Assembly (NCBI GenBank): GCA_963722075.1 | Contig: CAVRJM010000001.1 | Coordinates: 981,898 to 1,045,897 of the forward strand | DNA: 64,000 bases | Direction: 5' to 3' | Source: Candidatus Babeliales bacterium | Lineage (GTDB): Bacteria > Babelota > Babeliae > Babelales > JANWKD01 | In this document: positions 1 through 9,907 of the stretch, in pieces | Layout of the letters: each line of letters opens with the position of its first letter | Numbering within the stretch: the stretch's first letter is position 1 | Notes under the pieces: model-generated | The model's database searches: none | The model's input: only the letters and a program-made list of their open reading frames with translations | Told to the model about the DNA's origin: nothing | Made by a program: the position numbers and the translations under genes

Positions 1-2
1 TT

Positions 3-785
3 CCTGGTGTAGCTTTTAGCCCTGATGGAAAATTTTTAGCCGCCTGTTCTGAAAATATTCTTAAAATATGGGATACAAATACTTTTGACTGTATTTATAC
101 TCTTGATGAGCATACTGCGCAAATTAATCGTTTTGCATTTAGTCCACAGGGCCATTTTGTTGCTACCTGTTCTGACGATACCACTATTAAACTGTGGGAT
201 GTTGATACCGGTAGATGTGTACGAACTTTTAATGATACCGATAAAGTTACCTGTTTAACCTTTAGCCCCGATGAGAAAATACTTGTCACCGCCTCTTCTG
301 ATCATTATCGTAAACTCTGGGATGTACATACTGGCAAATGCTTAAAAGCAACTTACGGTCCTCAATTTTGCGTTCTTGCCTTTAGTCCACATGGCCTATT
401 TCTTGCAGGTTCATCCAAGGATAGTGTTAGTTTATGGGATACGAGTACTAATTACTCATTAATTCATAATGATAGCCATAGAGAAGTAGATGCCCTCCGG
501 TTTAGCCCTAATGGTCAATTTCTTGCTACTGCATCTTTTGGTGAGGTCTTTTTACGAAGAATGGTTGATACGGCAAAAATAGAAGAATATAAATATTTAC
601 CACCAGAACAATTGTTGTTACTTGCCTTTTGCTATAATGCGTTTGCAAACAAAATTACTTTTGATTTCTCTTGGCACCCCTATTTAAACGAGGTATATAA
701 TAACTGTTCTTCTGCAGTACGTGATCTGATTACCCAAAAGTTAATGCCAACTGGTTACCAACCAAGCTCATGCTTACTTAGTTAA
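3..785 (+). CDS. WD40-repeat protein, C-terminal part (5' end outside window)
   Basis: Frame 3 is open from the window edge to the stop at 783-785. It has repeated ~40-aa units of the type FSPDGKFLA...(I/L)K(I/L)WD (AFSPDGKFLAACS..LKIWD, AFSPQGHFVATCSDDTTIKLWD, FSPDEKILVTASSDHYRKLWD, FSPHGLFLAGSSKDSVSLWD, FSPNGQFLATAS). The track ORF 561..785 is only its tail. Confidence 0.85.
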   Translation, partial: PGVAFSPDGKFLAACSENILKIWDTNTFDCIYTLDEHTAQINRFAFSPQGHFVATCSDDTTIKLWDVDTGRCVRTFNDTDKVTCLTFSPDEKILVTASSDHYRKLWDVHTGKCLKATYGPQFCVLAFSPHGLFLAGSSKDSVSLWDTSTNYSLIHNDSHREVDALRFSPNGQFLATASFGEVFLRRMVDTAKIEEYKYLPPEQLLLLAFCYNAFANKITFDFSWHPYLNEVYNNCSSAVRDLITQKLMPTGYQPSSCLLS

Positions 786-810
786 AACACTGTCCAAATT
801 ATTTCTAATT

Positions 811-850
811 GAAAAAATAGCTAGTTAAAATTATAATTAGCTATTTTTTC
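811..850 (+). terminator. Hairpin terminator after the WD40 gene
   Basis: Perfect 13-bp stem gaaaaaatagcta / tagctattttttc with a 14-nt loop. The T-run lies in and after the 3' arm. Confidence 0.55.
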
Positions 851-906
851 AAAAAAATAGTATTATTAATTAAAATAATGATCCAGTCAATAAATGGGGG
901 ATTTAT

Positions 907-2469
907 ATGACCATGGTACGTTGGTTAAAATTAATCACTATTCTTATCAGTATAACTGCTGCATTTTTCTTTATTAACAAAAACGCTCATATACTTATTC
1001 ATACAGGATATGAATTATACTTCAAATTAATGCATCCTATCCCAAAAAAATCCCTTTGCCCTTATCAAGCTACCAATAAACGATTTGGCTTTAACTCGGT
1101 AACCTCTGCTACTCCTTTACAAGAATTAAAACACACCGGATCATTACCAAGCTGGCTCAAAGGAACCTTCTTAGCAACAGTACCCGCTCAATTTGAATTA
1201 GGAAATACTAAAGCCGCTTATTCCTTTAGTGGCCTTGCTATGCTACAAGGGTTTTATTTTGATGGCAATGGTATTAAATTTCAAAACTCATTCTTAGATA
1301 GTATTTATTACCGCCGTTGCACAAAAAACGGCAAATTTGATAGCAACATGACCAATCAAAAAAAAAGCTTTTTTTCACGGTTAGCAAACAGTTTTAGCAC
1401 TCCCGATCCTTATGACAATGGCAACATTGCTATAGGATATATGAATGGTAATGCAATCGCCTTAACAGAAACAACATTGGGTGTTATTGTTGATTCCAAC
1501 ACCTTACATACAAGAGCATCATTTGATCTTAATGAGCAGCTGGAAGGGCATCTTACCACTGCTCAATTTCAGTATGATCCTGAAACTAAATCGTGGTATA
1601 ATTATATGACAAACTTTGCACAACAAAGCACTTATCAGATTTATAAAATTACCGCTGATAACAAAACAGTATTAATTAGTTCCATACCGGTTAAAACGCC
1701 ATCATACATGCGCAGCTTTGCCATGAGCAAAGATTATATCGTGTTGATTGAGATTCCTTTTGTAGTTAATCCCATGGATTTATTATTTAATGGAGGGCCA
1801 TTTTTAACTGCATTACAATGGAAACCTGAGCTGGGAACTCGTTTTATTGTAATTAATAAACATACGGGTGAGCAACACCAACCATTGGTTACCACTCAAC
1901 CATTTTTCACGATTAATATTATCAATACCACTCAAGAAAATAATACCCTTACCATAGATGCTATTACCTATGAAAATGCTGACTTAATAAACCATATCAG
2001 TATGGAAGCATTGCAGAGTAATGATCCGCATGAATTTGAACCAGGATATACTACCCGTTTCACACTCAATCTAGAAAATAAAGAAGCATCACATCAGCGC
2101 ATTCCTTCTGCAGCCATTGAATTCCCTACTATAAATGCACAATACAACATGAAGCCATATACATTCTTATACGGACTTACTGCTGATCACCCACACCAAT
2201 TTCCTGCACAGCTTATTAAAATAAACATAAGCAATGGAACTTCAACTAAATGGCAACAAGAACAGTGCTTTGCCAGCCAGCCGGTGTTTGTACCAAATCC
2301 TACCGGAACTAATGAAGATGACGGTGTTATTCTTTCTGTTGTTTTTGATAGTATTGCACATCAATCATTTTTACTGCTATTGGATGCGCATAATTTTACG
2401 GAGCTTGCACGCGCACCGCTGCCATGCGCTATTCCATTGGGACTTTCAGGTACGTTTATTAAAGAATAA
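907..2469 (+). CDS. Carotenoid cleavage oxygenase / RPE65-family homologue with N-terminal hydrophobic anchor; predicted catalytically inactive
   Basis: Family blocks present: LPSWLKGTF, FDGNG, SFAMSKDYIVLIEIPF, EFPTIN, QPVFVPNP..EDDGVILSVVFD, LLLLDAHNF. The four Fe-ligand His positions read Q (TAQFQYDP), R (YMRSFA), I/N/T (FFTINIIN) and S (GLSGTF). SD-like GGGGGA lies upstream of the ATG. Confidence 0.8.
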   Translation: MTMVRWLKLITILISITAAFFFINKNAHILIHTGYELYFKLMHPIPKKSLCPYQATNKRFGFNSVTSATPLQELKHTGSLPSWLKGTFLATVPAQFELGNTKAAYSFSGLAMLQGFYFDGNGIKFQNSFLDSIYYRRCTKNGKFDSNMTNQKKSFFSRLANSFSTPDPYDNGNIAIGYMNGNAIALTETTLGVIVDSNTLHTRASFDLNEQLEGHLTTAQFQYDPETKSWYNYMTNFAQQSTYQIYKITADNKTVLISSIPVKTPSYMRSFAMSKDYIVLIEIPFVVNPMDLLFNGGPFLTALQWKPELGTRFIVINKHTGEQHQPLVTTQPFFTINIINTTQENNTLTIDAITYENADLINHISMEALQSNDPHEFEPGYTTRFTLNLENKEASHQRIPSAAIEFPTINAQYNMKPYTFLYGLTADHPHQFPAQLIKINISNGTSTKWQQEQCFASQPVFVPNPTGTNEDDGVILSVVFDSIAHQSFLLLLDAHNFTELARAPLPCAIPLGLSGTFIKE

Positions 2470-2491
2470 AAATAGGATTTTTTATTTATCA

Positions 2492-2646
2492 ATGGATCCC
2501 CACGTTCCTCGGGATGACATATGGTTTTTATCTTTTAATTTGATCTTCACGGCCTAACGGCCTCGGGATGACAAAAAATAAGATATTTTGTTTACATTAT
2601 TCCAAACGGTAATATTGTCATCCTGAGCGTCAGCGTAAGGATCCAG
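2492..2646. repeat. GC-rich palindromic repeat cluster (MITE/REP-like, GGATCC type)
   Basis: Left unit atggatccccacgttcctcgggatgac, middle unit ggcctaacggcctcgggatgac, and right unit gtcatcctgagcgtcagcgtaaggatccag in inverted orientation. The same units recur at 6690, 28569, 32570 and 61154. Confidence 0.8.
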
Positions 2647-2713
2647 TAAATAAAAACATTCCTTTTTCTTTTATTTTTTTTCCATACTTCAAAAGAAAGT
2701 ATGAGGAAAAAAG

Positions 2714-4012
2714 ATGCAGATAAACAATAAATCGGCTATGCCGATTCAGCAAGTATATTGGTATATCAATAAGCCATTAAATCCGCCACTTAAAGAAAAT
2801 ATCACCGTTGATGTTCTTATTATTGGCGGTGGCATGGCCGGATTAAGTGCCGCCCAAGCATTTCATGAAAAAGGGTTGCGCGTTGCGCTCATAGAAAAAA
2901 ATTTTTGTGGCGCTGGAGCAAGCGGCAAAAGTTCAGGATTTATTACTCCCGATTCAGAATTTGCACTCCATAATTTAATTGATTTTTATGGAAATGAGGT
3001 TGGCAAACGCCTTTGGGAATTTTCTTCTAACGGCGTAGCACTCATAGAAAAGAATATACACCAACATAAGATTTCATGTGATTATCAAAAACAAAATACG
3101 CTGGTTATTGCTTCAAGCCATCATGCTTTTAACTCATCAATTAAAGCAGAATATCAGGCACGCAAACAATTTAATTACGCTGCAACTCTTTATGAAAAAG
3201 ATCGGGTGCCTTCAATTCTAGGATCATCAAGCTATTATGGCGCTATTGAATATCCTGACACGTTTGGCATACATGCATACGCCTATTGCCAAGAAATGAA
3301 AACGATTTTAACAAATGCGGGTGTTTTACTATACGAAGATACGCCGCTTACGAGCTTTACTACAAACGGTGCGCAAACGCCACATGCCACGATTACTGCT
3401 GATAAAGTAATTGTTTGTATTGATCGCTTTATTAATGATTATGCAAAATTGCTTTCTCAAGTATACCATGTACAAACGTTTTTAATGATGAGTGAACCCG
3501 TATCAGATCAGGTAATTAATGCGTTATTTCCAGCACGCAAATTTATGGTATGGGATACCAATCTTATTTATAATTATTTTCGCTGCACCGGGGATAATCG
3601 ATTAATGCTGGGGGGCGCACGGCTTTTATCAACGTATGCTCCACGTGAACATTATCATAATAAAAAAATAATTAAAAAATTATCTTCTTATTTCAAAAAA
3701 AGCTTCCCGCAAGTTGATATTCAATTTAATTATATATGGCCAGGCCTTATTGGGATAACCAAAGATATTATGCCTATTGCCGGACCGGATAAACAACATC
3801 CTCACATTTATTATATTAGCGGGGCCGCCGGGCTACCATGGGCTGCAGCCTTGGGCGTCTATAGTGCACAGCATATACTAGAAAACCGTACTGATTTAGA
3901 TGTCGTGTTTTCTCCTGAACGCCATTTTGCACTCGGCAGTTGCGCACAAAAATTATTAGGAACACCGCTTACATTTGCTTTATGTAATTTTATGCGCACC
4001 AGATCACTATAA
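2714..4012 (+). CDS. FAD-dependent oxidoreductase (DAO family)
   Basis: N-terminal Rossmann dinucleotide motif VLIIGGGMAGLSAAQAFHEKGLRVALIEK. Its length (432 aa) and C-terminal GAAGLPWAA block are typical of DAO-type flavoproteins. Confidence 0.75.
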   Translation: MQINNKSAMPIQQVYWYINKPLNPPLKENITVDVLIIGGGMAGLSAAQAFHEKGLRVALIEKNFCGAGASGKSSGFITPDSEFALHNLIDFYGNEVGKRLWEFSSNGVALIEKNIHQHKISCDYQKQNTLVIASSHHAFNSSIKAEYQARKQFNYAATLYEKDRVPSILGSSSYYGAIEYPDTFGIHAYAYCQEMKTILTNAGVLLYEDTPLTSFTTNGAQTPHATITADKVIVCIDRFINDYAKLLSQVYHVQTFLMMSEPVSDQVINALFPARKFMVWDTNLIYNYFRCTGDNRLMLGGARLLSTYAPREHYHNKKIIKKLSSYFKKSFPQVDIQFNYIWPGLIGITKDIMPIAGPDKQHPHIYYISGAAGLPWAAALGVYSAQHILENRTDLDVVFSPERHFALGSCAQKLLGTPLTFALCNFMRTRSL

Positions 4013-4017
4013 AAATT

Positions 4018-4830
4018 TTAATTTGGAAAATCGCGAATAACATCTACATCAACCGCTCCACCACCAATTTGTAATGCACGTGCTTTTACCCTTCTACGGT
4101 CCCACATCCGTGCATGGTAAATAATAAAATCAAGGATAGTTTTTCCTATTGCCGGCTTACCACCCGCATAGGTAGTCCGTTGTAATTCCTTCATCAACGG
4201 ATAATTAACTATCGCGTTACGTAGCTGTTCATTCTCATCTGAGAAAGATTTTGGTATGAGAGAATAAGAAGTTTTGGGTTGTGGTATAGCACGTAATTTA
4301 TCTCCTGCCCCATGAATACGTTTGGCTGCTCTATAAATTTTTTTAAGAAATTTACGTATAGGCTGTGTTGTACTAAGAGGAGCATCTGAAGTATTATAAG
4401 CAGCCATAGCTTTAATAGTATTGTATAATGGTGGTATATGGTCATCTATTATTTCTAATATTTCAAGTATTCTTATTAATATTCTCGTAATTATCCGTTG
4501 GTCGCTGGCTTCACCCTTGACATAATCTGGTAAATAATCGGAATTAAGAATTAATCTGGTCACCGCGTCTTCAATTAAAGCAAATTCTGCGCAACCTTTA
4601 TGAAATAAATCATTTAATGCTTCAGGGGTTACTTGTTTATCACATATTTTCAATGATATGATAGGTTTTTCTGGTTGTACTGATACCGGAATCGTGGGAG
4701 GAATGCCTGGCGTTAAATAATTATGTAACGTAGTAAGACGATTTTTTAAATCACCTAATTCTGTTTCTAAGGAACAATGTGCAATTTGAAAACCGACCAA
4801 AACAATTACTGAAGCAATATATTTATTCAT
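4018..4830 (-). CDS. Secreted protein of unknown function (carries LxxLKxxLxxLxxxLxP motif)
   Basis: 270-aa ORF with an N-terminal signal peptide (MNKYIASVIVLVGFQIAHC). Its ATG directly abuts the stop of the upstream BI-1 gene (TAAATG junction). Confidence 0.65.
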   Translation of the reverse strand: MNKYIASVIVLVGFQIAHCSLETELGDLKNRLTTLHNYLTPGIPPTIPVSVQPEKPIISLKICDKQVTPEALNDLFHKGCAEFALIEDAVTRLILNSDYLPDYVKGEASDQRIITRILIRILEILEIIDDHIPPLYNTIKAMAAYNTSDAPLSTTQPIRKFLKKIYRAAKRIHGAGDKLRAIPQPKTSYSLIPKSFSDENEQLRNAIVNYPLMKELQRTTYAGGKPAIGKTILDFIIYHARMWDRRRVKARALQIGGGAVDVDVIRDFPN

Positions 4831-5529
4831 TTATTCATTACCTCTTCTGCCAAAAAGTCTAAGCAACATTAAGAACAAGTTAATAAAATCAAGATACAAG
4901 GTAAGGGCACCTAAAACCGCCACTTTATTTTCCATTTCACCTTGATCAATTAAAAATTCACTCATTTTCTTTATTTTTTGAACGTCATATGCCGTTAACA
5001 ACGTAAAGATGACAATTCCTACTAAAGTGATTATGTAATCAAAGGTTCCATTTCTCAAGAAAATATTAACAACCATACCAATAATCAATCCAAAGAGTGC
5101 CATAATTAAATATTTACCAACATTGGTTAAATCTGTTTTGGTAAAATAGCCATATAAGGCCATGCACAGAAACATTCCTGCCGTTACAAAAAAGGCGGTA
5201 TAAATAGTGCCAATATGGTAAACTAAAAAGATTGTTGAAAAGGTGACACCCATTAAAATGGCATAAAGAATTAATAATAATATTGCCGTAGCAAAATTTA
5301 ATTTTAAAATTGCTGCTGATAATACAACAACAATCACCAATTGAAGAATAAAAAGAAAAAAGAGCAACCAGGGGCTGGTTACCAATTTTTGCACCAGTGC
5401 TGGTTGACTAACTACATAAAAAGCAGTTGCAGCAGTAATCAGCAACGCACCAGCCATAAAGGCATACACTTTATATAATAAATTTTTAGCTACGGAATTA
5501 ACCGTACGAGAGTTATCAGAATTAACCAT
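4831..5529 (-). CDS. BAX inhibitor-1 / YccA family membrane protein
   Basis: About 7 predicted TM helices in 232 aa. C-terminal LGALTLYLDFINLFLMLLRLFG matches the family signature (LYLDxINxFL). Confidence 0.8.
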   Translation of the reverse strand: MVNSDNSRTVNSVAKNLLYKVYAFMAGALLITAATAFYVVSQPALVQKLVTSPWLLFFLFILQLVIVVVLSAAILKLNFATAILLLILYAILMGVTFSTIFLVYHIGTIYTAFFVTAGMFLCMALYGYFTKTDLTNVGKYLIMALFGLIIGMVVNIFLRNGTFDYIITLVGIVIFTLLTAYDVQKIKKMSEFLIDQGEMENKVAVLGALTLYLDFINLFLMLLRLFGRRGNE

Positions 5530-5718
5530 TTTTTCCCTTCTTATATGAAATCCCTAATTTTTATATTTAAGATAATAAAATCCATTTTATCGGTGCAATG
5601 GTTTTAACTTGAACTTTACAGCACAAGTTTAGTAAATATAAGAATAACTGACGGTAACCTAGATTCTGTTGAGTTTTGGAAATAACTTTAAAATTTAAAG
5701 TTATATGCTTGGAAAAAA

Positions 5719-5905
5719 GCCGTCGTCACGAGCCGAAGGCGTGGTGATCAAGGCTATGCCGGACAAGGGCGTGGGGACTGTGTCCGCCGTAGCTTGTAGC
5801 GAAGGCTGGATCCAGGCTAAAATTTTCAAGGGAACCTGGATTGCTTCGACAAGCTCGCAACGACAAATTGTTGTTTTCGTCGTCATTACGAGCACAGACT
5901 GTGCA
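5719..5905. repeat. Composite GC-rich repeat island (several nested repeat units)
   Basis: Abrupt GC-rich patch containing cgtcgtcacgag...cgtggtgatc, gaaggctggatccagg, cctggattgcttcgacaagctcgcaacgac and cgtcattacgag. The overlapping track ORFs 5701..5895(-) and 5705..5944(+) are translations of these repeats. Confidence 0.75.
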
Positions 5906-5947
5906 TCTAGATTTTTTATAATTTATTATTTATATAAGGAGTAAATA

Positions 5948-6646
5948 ATGTGGTATGAGAGAATAATAAAAGTAACTCTAGTAATCAGCAGCTTTTTGCT
6001 GTTTACTCAATTTAGTTCACAAACTTCAGTTGATGGCAAAGAGAAGCCTTCCCTTAATGTATATGGATTACTAACTGATACCAGTAATCATAGTTATCGA
6101 GTAGAAAATGTTACCATTGCTGGTCGGTTCAGTGATATAGCCGTTTATCAAAAACCAATAAGTCCTGATTTAAATCCTGATATTAATACTACCAAATTGG
6201 ATCTTTGTGAAATCAGTGAAATAAGAATAGAAGCACCAAAAGTAGTTCAATTTAACAAACGAGATTATATAGAAATTACCGTCATCTCTAATGACACTCG
6301 AAAAACGCAAAATCGATATATTATTGAAAAATTAAAAAAGCTTTTTTGCGATGAAGTAAATGAAGCAGGTCCTATAGAAAAAGAATTGTCGTTTCTGGCG
6401 GTACAACGATTGCAAATTCAAGGGTGCAAAAAACAAGAAGAAGAATCGCGGGTATATAAATTACAACCACAGTCAATTGATCAAAAGACGATTGATTATA
6501 CCATAACCAAAACAGAAGCATTAATTAAAGAACTGCAAGAAAAAGCTGATCAATTACCTAATGATGCCAATGATGGTTCATTAAAATCACAAATGCTTCA
6601 GCTTTTGACTGAGTTACAAGCTACCTTTAAAAAGTGGTTTGCATAG
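5948..6646 (+). CDS. Secreted protein of unknown function
   Basis: 232-aa ORF with an N-terminal hydrophobic signal sequence and AAGGAG-like SD (ataaggagtaaataATG). No recognisable domain. Confidence 0.6.
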   Translation: MWYERIIKVTLVISSFLLFTQFSSQTSVDGKEKPSLNVYGLLTDTSNHSYRVENVTIAGRFSDIAVYQKPISPDLNPDINTTKLDLCEISEIRIEAPKVVQFNKRDYIEITVISNDTRKTQNRYIIEKLKKLFCDEVNEAGPIEKELSFLAVQRLQIQGCKKQEEESRVYKLQPQSIDQKTIDYTITKTEALIKELQEKADQLPNDANDGSLKSQMLQLLTELQATFKKWFA

Positions 6647-6689
6647 GGTGAATGATTAGTCGTATAATGGAAAAAGGAAAATTTAATTA

Positions 6690-6818
6690 CTGGATCCTTA
6701 CGCTATGCTCAGGATGACATTTAGAAAATTTATATTTATACTTGATCATTTTAATTTATTATAAGTGAGATTGTTATTCACTGGTCATCCTGAGGAACAA
6801 AGTGACGCAAGGATCCAG
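6690..6818. repeat. MITE-like element, GGATCC-type terminal inverted repeats
   Basis: ctggatccttacgctatgctcaggatgac (left) and gtcatcctgaggaacaaagtgacgcaaggatccag (right) are inverted copies flanking an AT-rich core of about 65 bp. Confidence 0.8.
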
Positions 6819-6842
6819 TTATAAAAATAAAAGGAAAATACC

Positions 6843-7163
6843 ATGGCTATTGATATAACAAAAGAAAATTTCGAAAAAGAAATCGAAAAATCAACCTTAC
6901 CCGTAGTACTTGATGTATATGCCACCTGGTGTGGACCCTGCCTTCAAATGAAACCTATTTTTGAAGAATTGTCGCAAGAATACGGCAATAAATATAAATT
7001 TGCACAATTAAACGTTGATGAAGGACGCGAATTAGCAATAAATTATGGTGTTACCTCAATTCCTACTTTTATCTTCATTAAAAATAAAGAAATTGTAGGT
7101 AAAGAAATGGGCTATATGAGTAAAGACCAGCTTTTAAAAAAAATAACTGAATATCTCAAATAA
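6843..7163 (+). CDS. trxA: Thioredoxin
   Basis: 106 aa with the WCGPC active site and the typical thioredoxin length and context (VLDVYATWCGPCLQMKP). Confidence 0.95.
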   Translation: MAIDITKENFEKEIEKSTLPVVLDVYATWCGPCLQMKPIFEELSQEYGNKYKFAQLNVDEGRELAINYGVTSIPTFIFIKNKEIVGKEMGYMSKDQLLKKITEYLK

Positions 7164-7686
7164 GCTTTACAATATCATAGGCAAATTCAGCTGCGTAGGT
7201 GGGGCCTTGAGCGGTAACTACTCTTCCATCAGTAACAACACCTGTTGTGTTATCATAAATTACACCGTGCTGATCATAAATCGCTTTTAGCTTGTTATCA
7301 CCATCCCATCCCGTAGCTGTTTTGCTTACTAATGCGCCAGCTTTTGCCAAAATACGTGTTGCTATACAAATAGCTGCCACTACTTTTTCTGCCATCACTG
7401 CTTGCTGAATAAATCGATAGCTTGCATCGGTATCTAATGCTTCTAATGCTCCCGGACCTCCAATAAGAATAACTGCTTCAAATTGCAATGGATCACTATG
7501 AGCTATATCAGCATCCACCGAAGCTGATGATTTATCATGAGCAATGGCAGTTCCTTTCTTATTACTGATGGTAACTACCTGAAATCCCGCCTCTTGGATT
7601 ATCTCTTTTGTAATGGCGTATTCAACTTGCTGGTACCCATTATGCGCTATTACTATCGCTACTTTTTTTGCCATTTTTTTTGCCAT
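7156..7686 (-). CDS. DJ-1/PfpI family protein
   Basis: 176 aa with the nucleophile-elbow motif VVAAICIATRILAKAG, GGPGA and the type-1 glutamine amidotransferase-like layout. Confidence 0.8.
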   Translation of the reverse strand: MAKKMAKKVAIVIAHNGYQQVEYAITKEIIQEAGFQVVTISNKKGTAIAHDKSSASVDADIAHSDPLQFEAVILIGGPGALEALDTDASYRFIQQAVMAEKVVAAICIATRILAKAGALVSKTATGWDGDNKLKAIYDQHGVIYDNTTGVVTDGRVVTAQGPTYAAEFAYDIVKLI

Positions 7687-7778
7687 AATCGCTTCCTTTT
7701 ATGTGCCAAACGTTATTTACAAAGATTAATATCTCATTTAAACTCTGCAGGTATAATTATAACTAAGGAACAATAAGC

Positions 7779-8072
7779 ATGGTAAAAAAGATTTTTTTAC
7801 TCATATTACTTATTAATTCATTTGTACCTTTTACCTACACTCAAGAAGAAACTATAGCTGAATTAATAAGTTCAAATAAAGAAAATAATGAAACTGCTCC
7901 CTATGATCATCTTGATTACTTAGCAGACCACGAACCTGTTGAAGTAGTAAAACCACATCCGCTTCCCCATTGGTTAAAATCTTTTTTATTTGGCGCATTC
8001 ATACGTTTTTTTAATACGGTTGAATTTTTTAAAAAAAGCTGGAAAAAAATACAGTTAAATTATAAAAAATAA
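7779..8072 (+). CDS. Small secreted protein of unknown function
   Basis: 97-aa ORF with a signal peptide. Its stop overlaps the rsmE start (ATAATG junction). Confidence 0.5.
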   Translation: MVKKIFLLILLINSFVPFTYTQEETIAELISSNKENNETAPYDHLDYLADHEPVEVVKPHPLPHWLKSFLFGAFIRFFNTVEFFKKSWKKIQLNYKK

Positions 8073-8833
8073 TGGAATCATCATCAAAACATCTGTTTGC
8101 TCTTTTTTATCAGGCTTCTATAGATTGGCATTCAATAAGCCCTCTCAGTACAGTAACTATAACTGATGAATCGATTGTTCACCGAGCGTACCATGTTTTG
8201 CGCCTTGGGCCAGATGATCAAATTATTCTTTTTAATAAGCAGTATCATTTTTTACTAACGCTTATCACTCTTTCAAAAAAAGAAATAAAGGCGACCATCA
8301 CGCAAGCAAATAAAAATACCGTATATCAACCAAGTATTACGGTTGCTTTACCGCTCTTAAAACGAGATGCACTCACCTATGCACTTGATGGATTAACTCA
8401 ACTTGGCATTAATACCATACAATTGATTACAACGCAAAAGAGCCAAAGCCAATTTTCCCAGCAAAAAGATATGCAACGACTCTACAAAATTATCTATGCT
8501 GCTGCTGAGCAATCAAAAAATTTTTCATTTCCTGAGCTTATAAAACCAGTACCATTATCTGATTTTATTACCGATTATAATACGCAAAAAAAACGTATTA
8601 TCTTTGGTGATCCCGCTGGCTTACCAGCACATGAAGTAATAAGCTCACTGCAACAAAATAATACAACTCCCATAACTATTATTATGGGACCAGAAGGAGA
8701 CTTAACCGTAAATGAAAAAAGCTTATTAAAACAGCATTCGGTTATGTATATGGCATTAACCCCTACCATTTTACGAGCAGAACAAGCGATTTGCTTAGCA
8801 AGTGGTATGGTACGCGCGCTCATGCAACCATAG
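8072..8833 (+). CDS. rsmE: 16S rRNA (uracil1498-N3)-methyltransferase RsmE
   Basis: N-terminal PUA-like HRAYHVLRL, and a C-terminal SPOUT knot with IIMGPEGDLTVNE and LTPTILRAEQA. Confidence 0.85.
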   Translation: MESSSKHLFALFYQASIDWHSISPLSTVTITDESIVHRAYHVLRLGPDDQIILFNKQYHFLLTLITLSKKEIKATITQANKNTVYQPSITVALPLLKRDALTYALDGLTQLGINTIQLITTQKSQSQFSQQKDMQRLYKIIYAAAEQSKNFSFPELIKPVPLSDFITDYNTQKKRIIFGDPAGLPAHEVISSLQQNNTTPITIIMGPEGDLTVNEKSLLKQHSVMYMALTPTILRAEQAICLASGMVRALMQP

Positions 8834-9821
8834 AAAAATTATCAATCAGTTTTTTATCTTGATACATTTGTATATCAAGTGCAGGAAAATAACTATCTTT
8901 ATACGTTAACAACTGTTCATTTGGTTTTATAACAAGCCTGCTATCACCAAGTGAGATAACAACAGATCGAGCGCCAATTCGTTGCAATAGACCGCCATTT
9001 TTTTCTAGATGATAACGAAGCAGCCCATATTTTCTTAATAATACTGGATCGCTTTGCCCCTGCCAAAGAACCAAGTAAATACGTTTCACCTGAGCAAGCT
9101 TGCATAATTGTGCACAATACTCAAAAGCAAGGATGCTTGGCTTTGTTATTATTAAATGATCAATAGTCGTTGATCCAAAATATTGAGTAAGCTCTCTTAG
9201 TAAGGTGTATTCAATCCAATTTTTTATAGTACCTCTAAGAGTAATTGCCGGATTAATAACGACCAATTGCTTATTATGTTGTAGCGCAATAATATCGCCT
9301 TTGCCACAAGGAATTTTTGTTACCCGCAATGAGTAAATTGGAAACAGCTTTAAAACCATTATTATAAACATTAGCGCCACCAGCAAACAAATGATTCTAT
9401 ATAATCGTGATAATGGCTTTAGGTGTAAAATCAAAAATCCCAATGCTGCAATACTTATAAGAACAAACAATGGCGGTTTTGCAAACCCTATAAGCCAACC
9501 CCGCGTTGCATATGTCATAAAGAACTGCCACCACTCTGCAAAATAGCTTAAACAACTGATTACAAAATCATTAGGCACATTGCAAAGCTCCAAGAAAAAA
9601 ATTGCACAACAAAGTAATAAAAAAATCGATAAAAATGGTGCAAATACTATATTCCCAATACAAGCCATGAGCGATATGGGCAATCCCCACGCAATTAAAA
9701 TTGGAAACGATAAAAATAATAAAAAAAGCTGTAATTCAATGCCTTGAGCAATCCGATTACCAATACGATAGCAAACGGATAATAGTTTTGTATGTATCAT
9801 AGTAGTTAAAAAATTGTTCAT
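8820..9821 (-). CDS. ComEC/Rec2-related membrane protein, short form
   Basis: TM-rich N-half with the competence-domain pattern QLFLLFLSFPILIAWGLPISLMACIGNIVFAPFLS. The C-half resembles the ComEC beta-lactamase-like region (PCGKGDIIALQ, IDHLIITKP) but lacks the HxHxDH metal motif. It is less than half the usual ComEC length. Confidence 0.5.
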   Translation of the reverse strand: MNNFLTTMIHTKLLSVCYRIGNRIAQGIELQLFLLFLSFPILIAWGLPISLMACIGNIVFAPFLSIFLLLCCAIFFLELCNVPNDFVISCLSYFAEWWQFFMTYATRGWLIGFAKPPLFVLISIAALGFLILHLKPLSRLYRIICLLVALMFIIMVLKLFPIYSLRVTKIPCGKGDIIALQHNKQLVVINPAITLRGTIKNWIEYTLLRELTQYFGSTTIDHLIITKPSILAFEYCAQLCKLAQVKRIYLVLWQGQSDPVLLRKYGLLRYHLEKNGGLLQRIGARSVVISLGDSRLVIKPNEQLLTYKDSYFPALDIQMYQDKKLIDNFSMVA

Positions 9822-9907
9822 GTTATTATATTAATAATAACAATAATCAAAATTTTAACTACAAAAATTGACAAGAGATATTTTTACTAGAGCTATACCA
9901 TTATCGT

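Noticed and set aside
2234-2557. ORF 2234..2557(+)
   Set aside because: It is an out-of-frame overlap with the 3' end of the CCD-like gene that then runs into a repeat unit, so it is not an independent gene.
5701-5944. Overlapping ORFs 5701..5895(-) and 5705..5944(+)
   Set aside because: Both lie entirely in the GC-rich repeat island and read through repeat units on opposite strands. They have no SD and their composition is unlike neighbouring genes.
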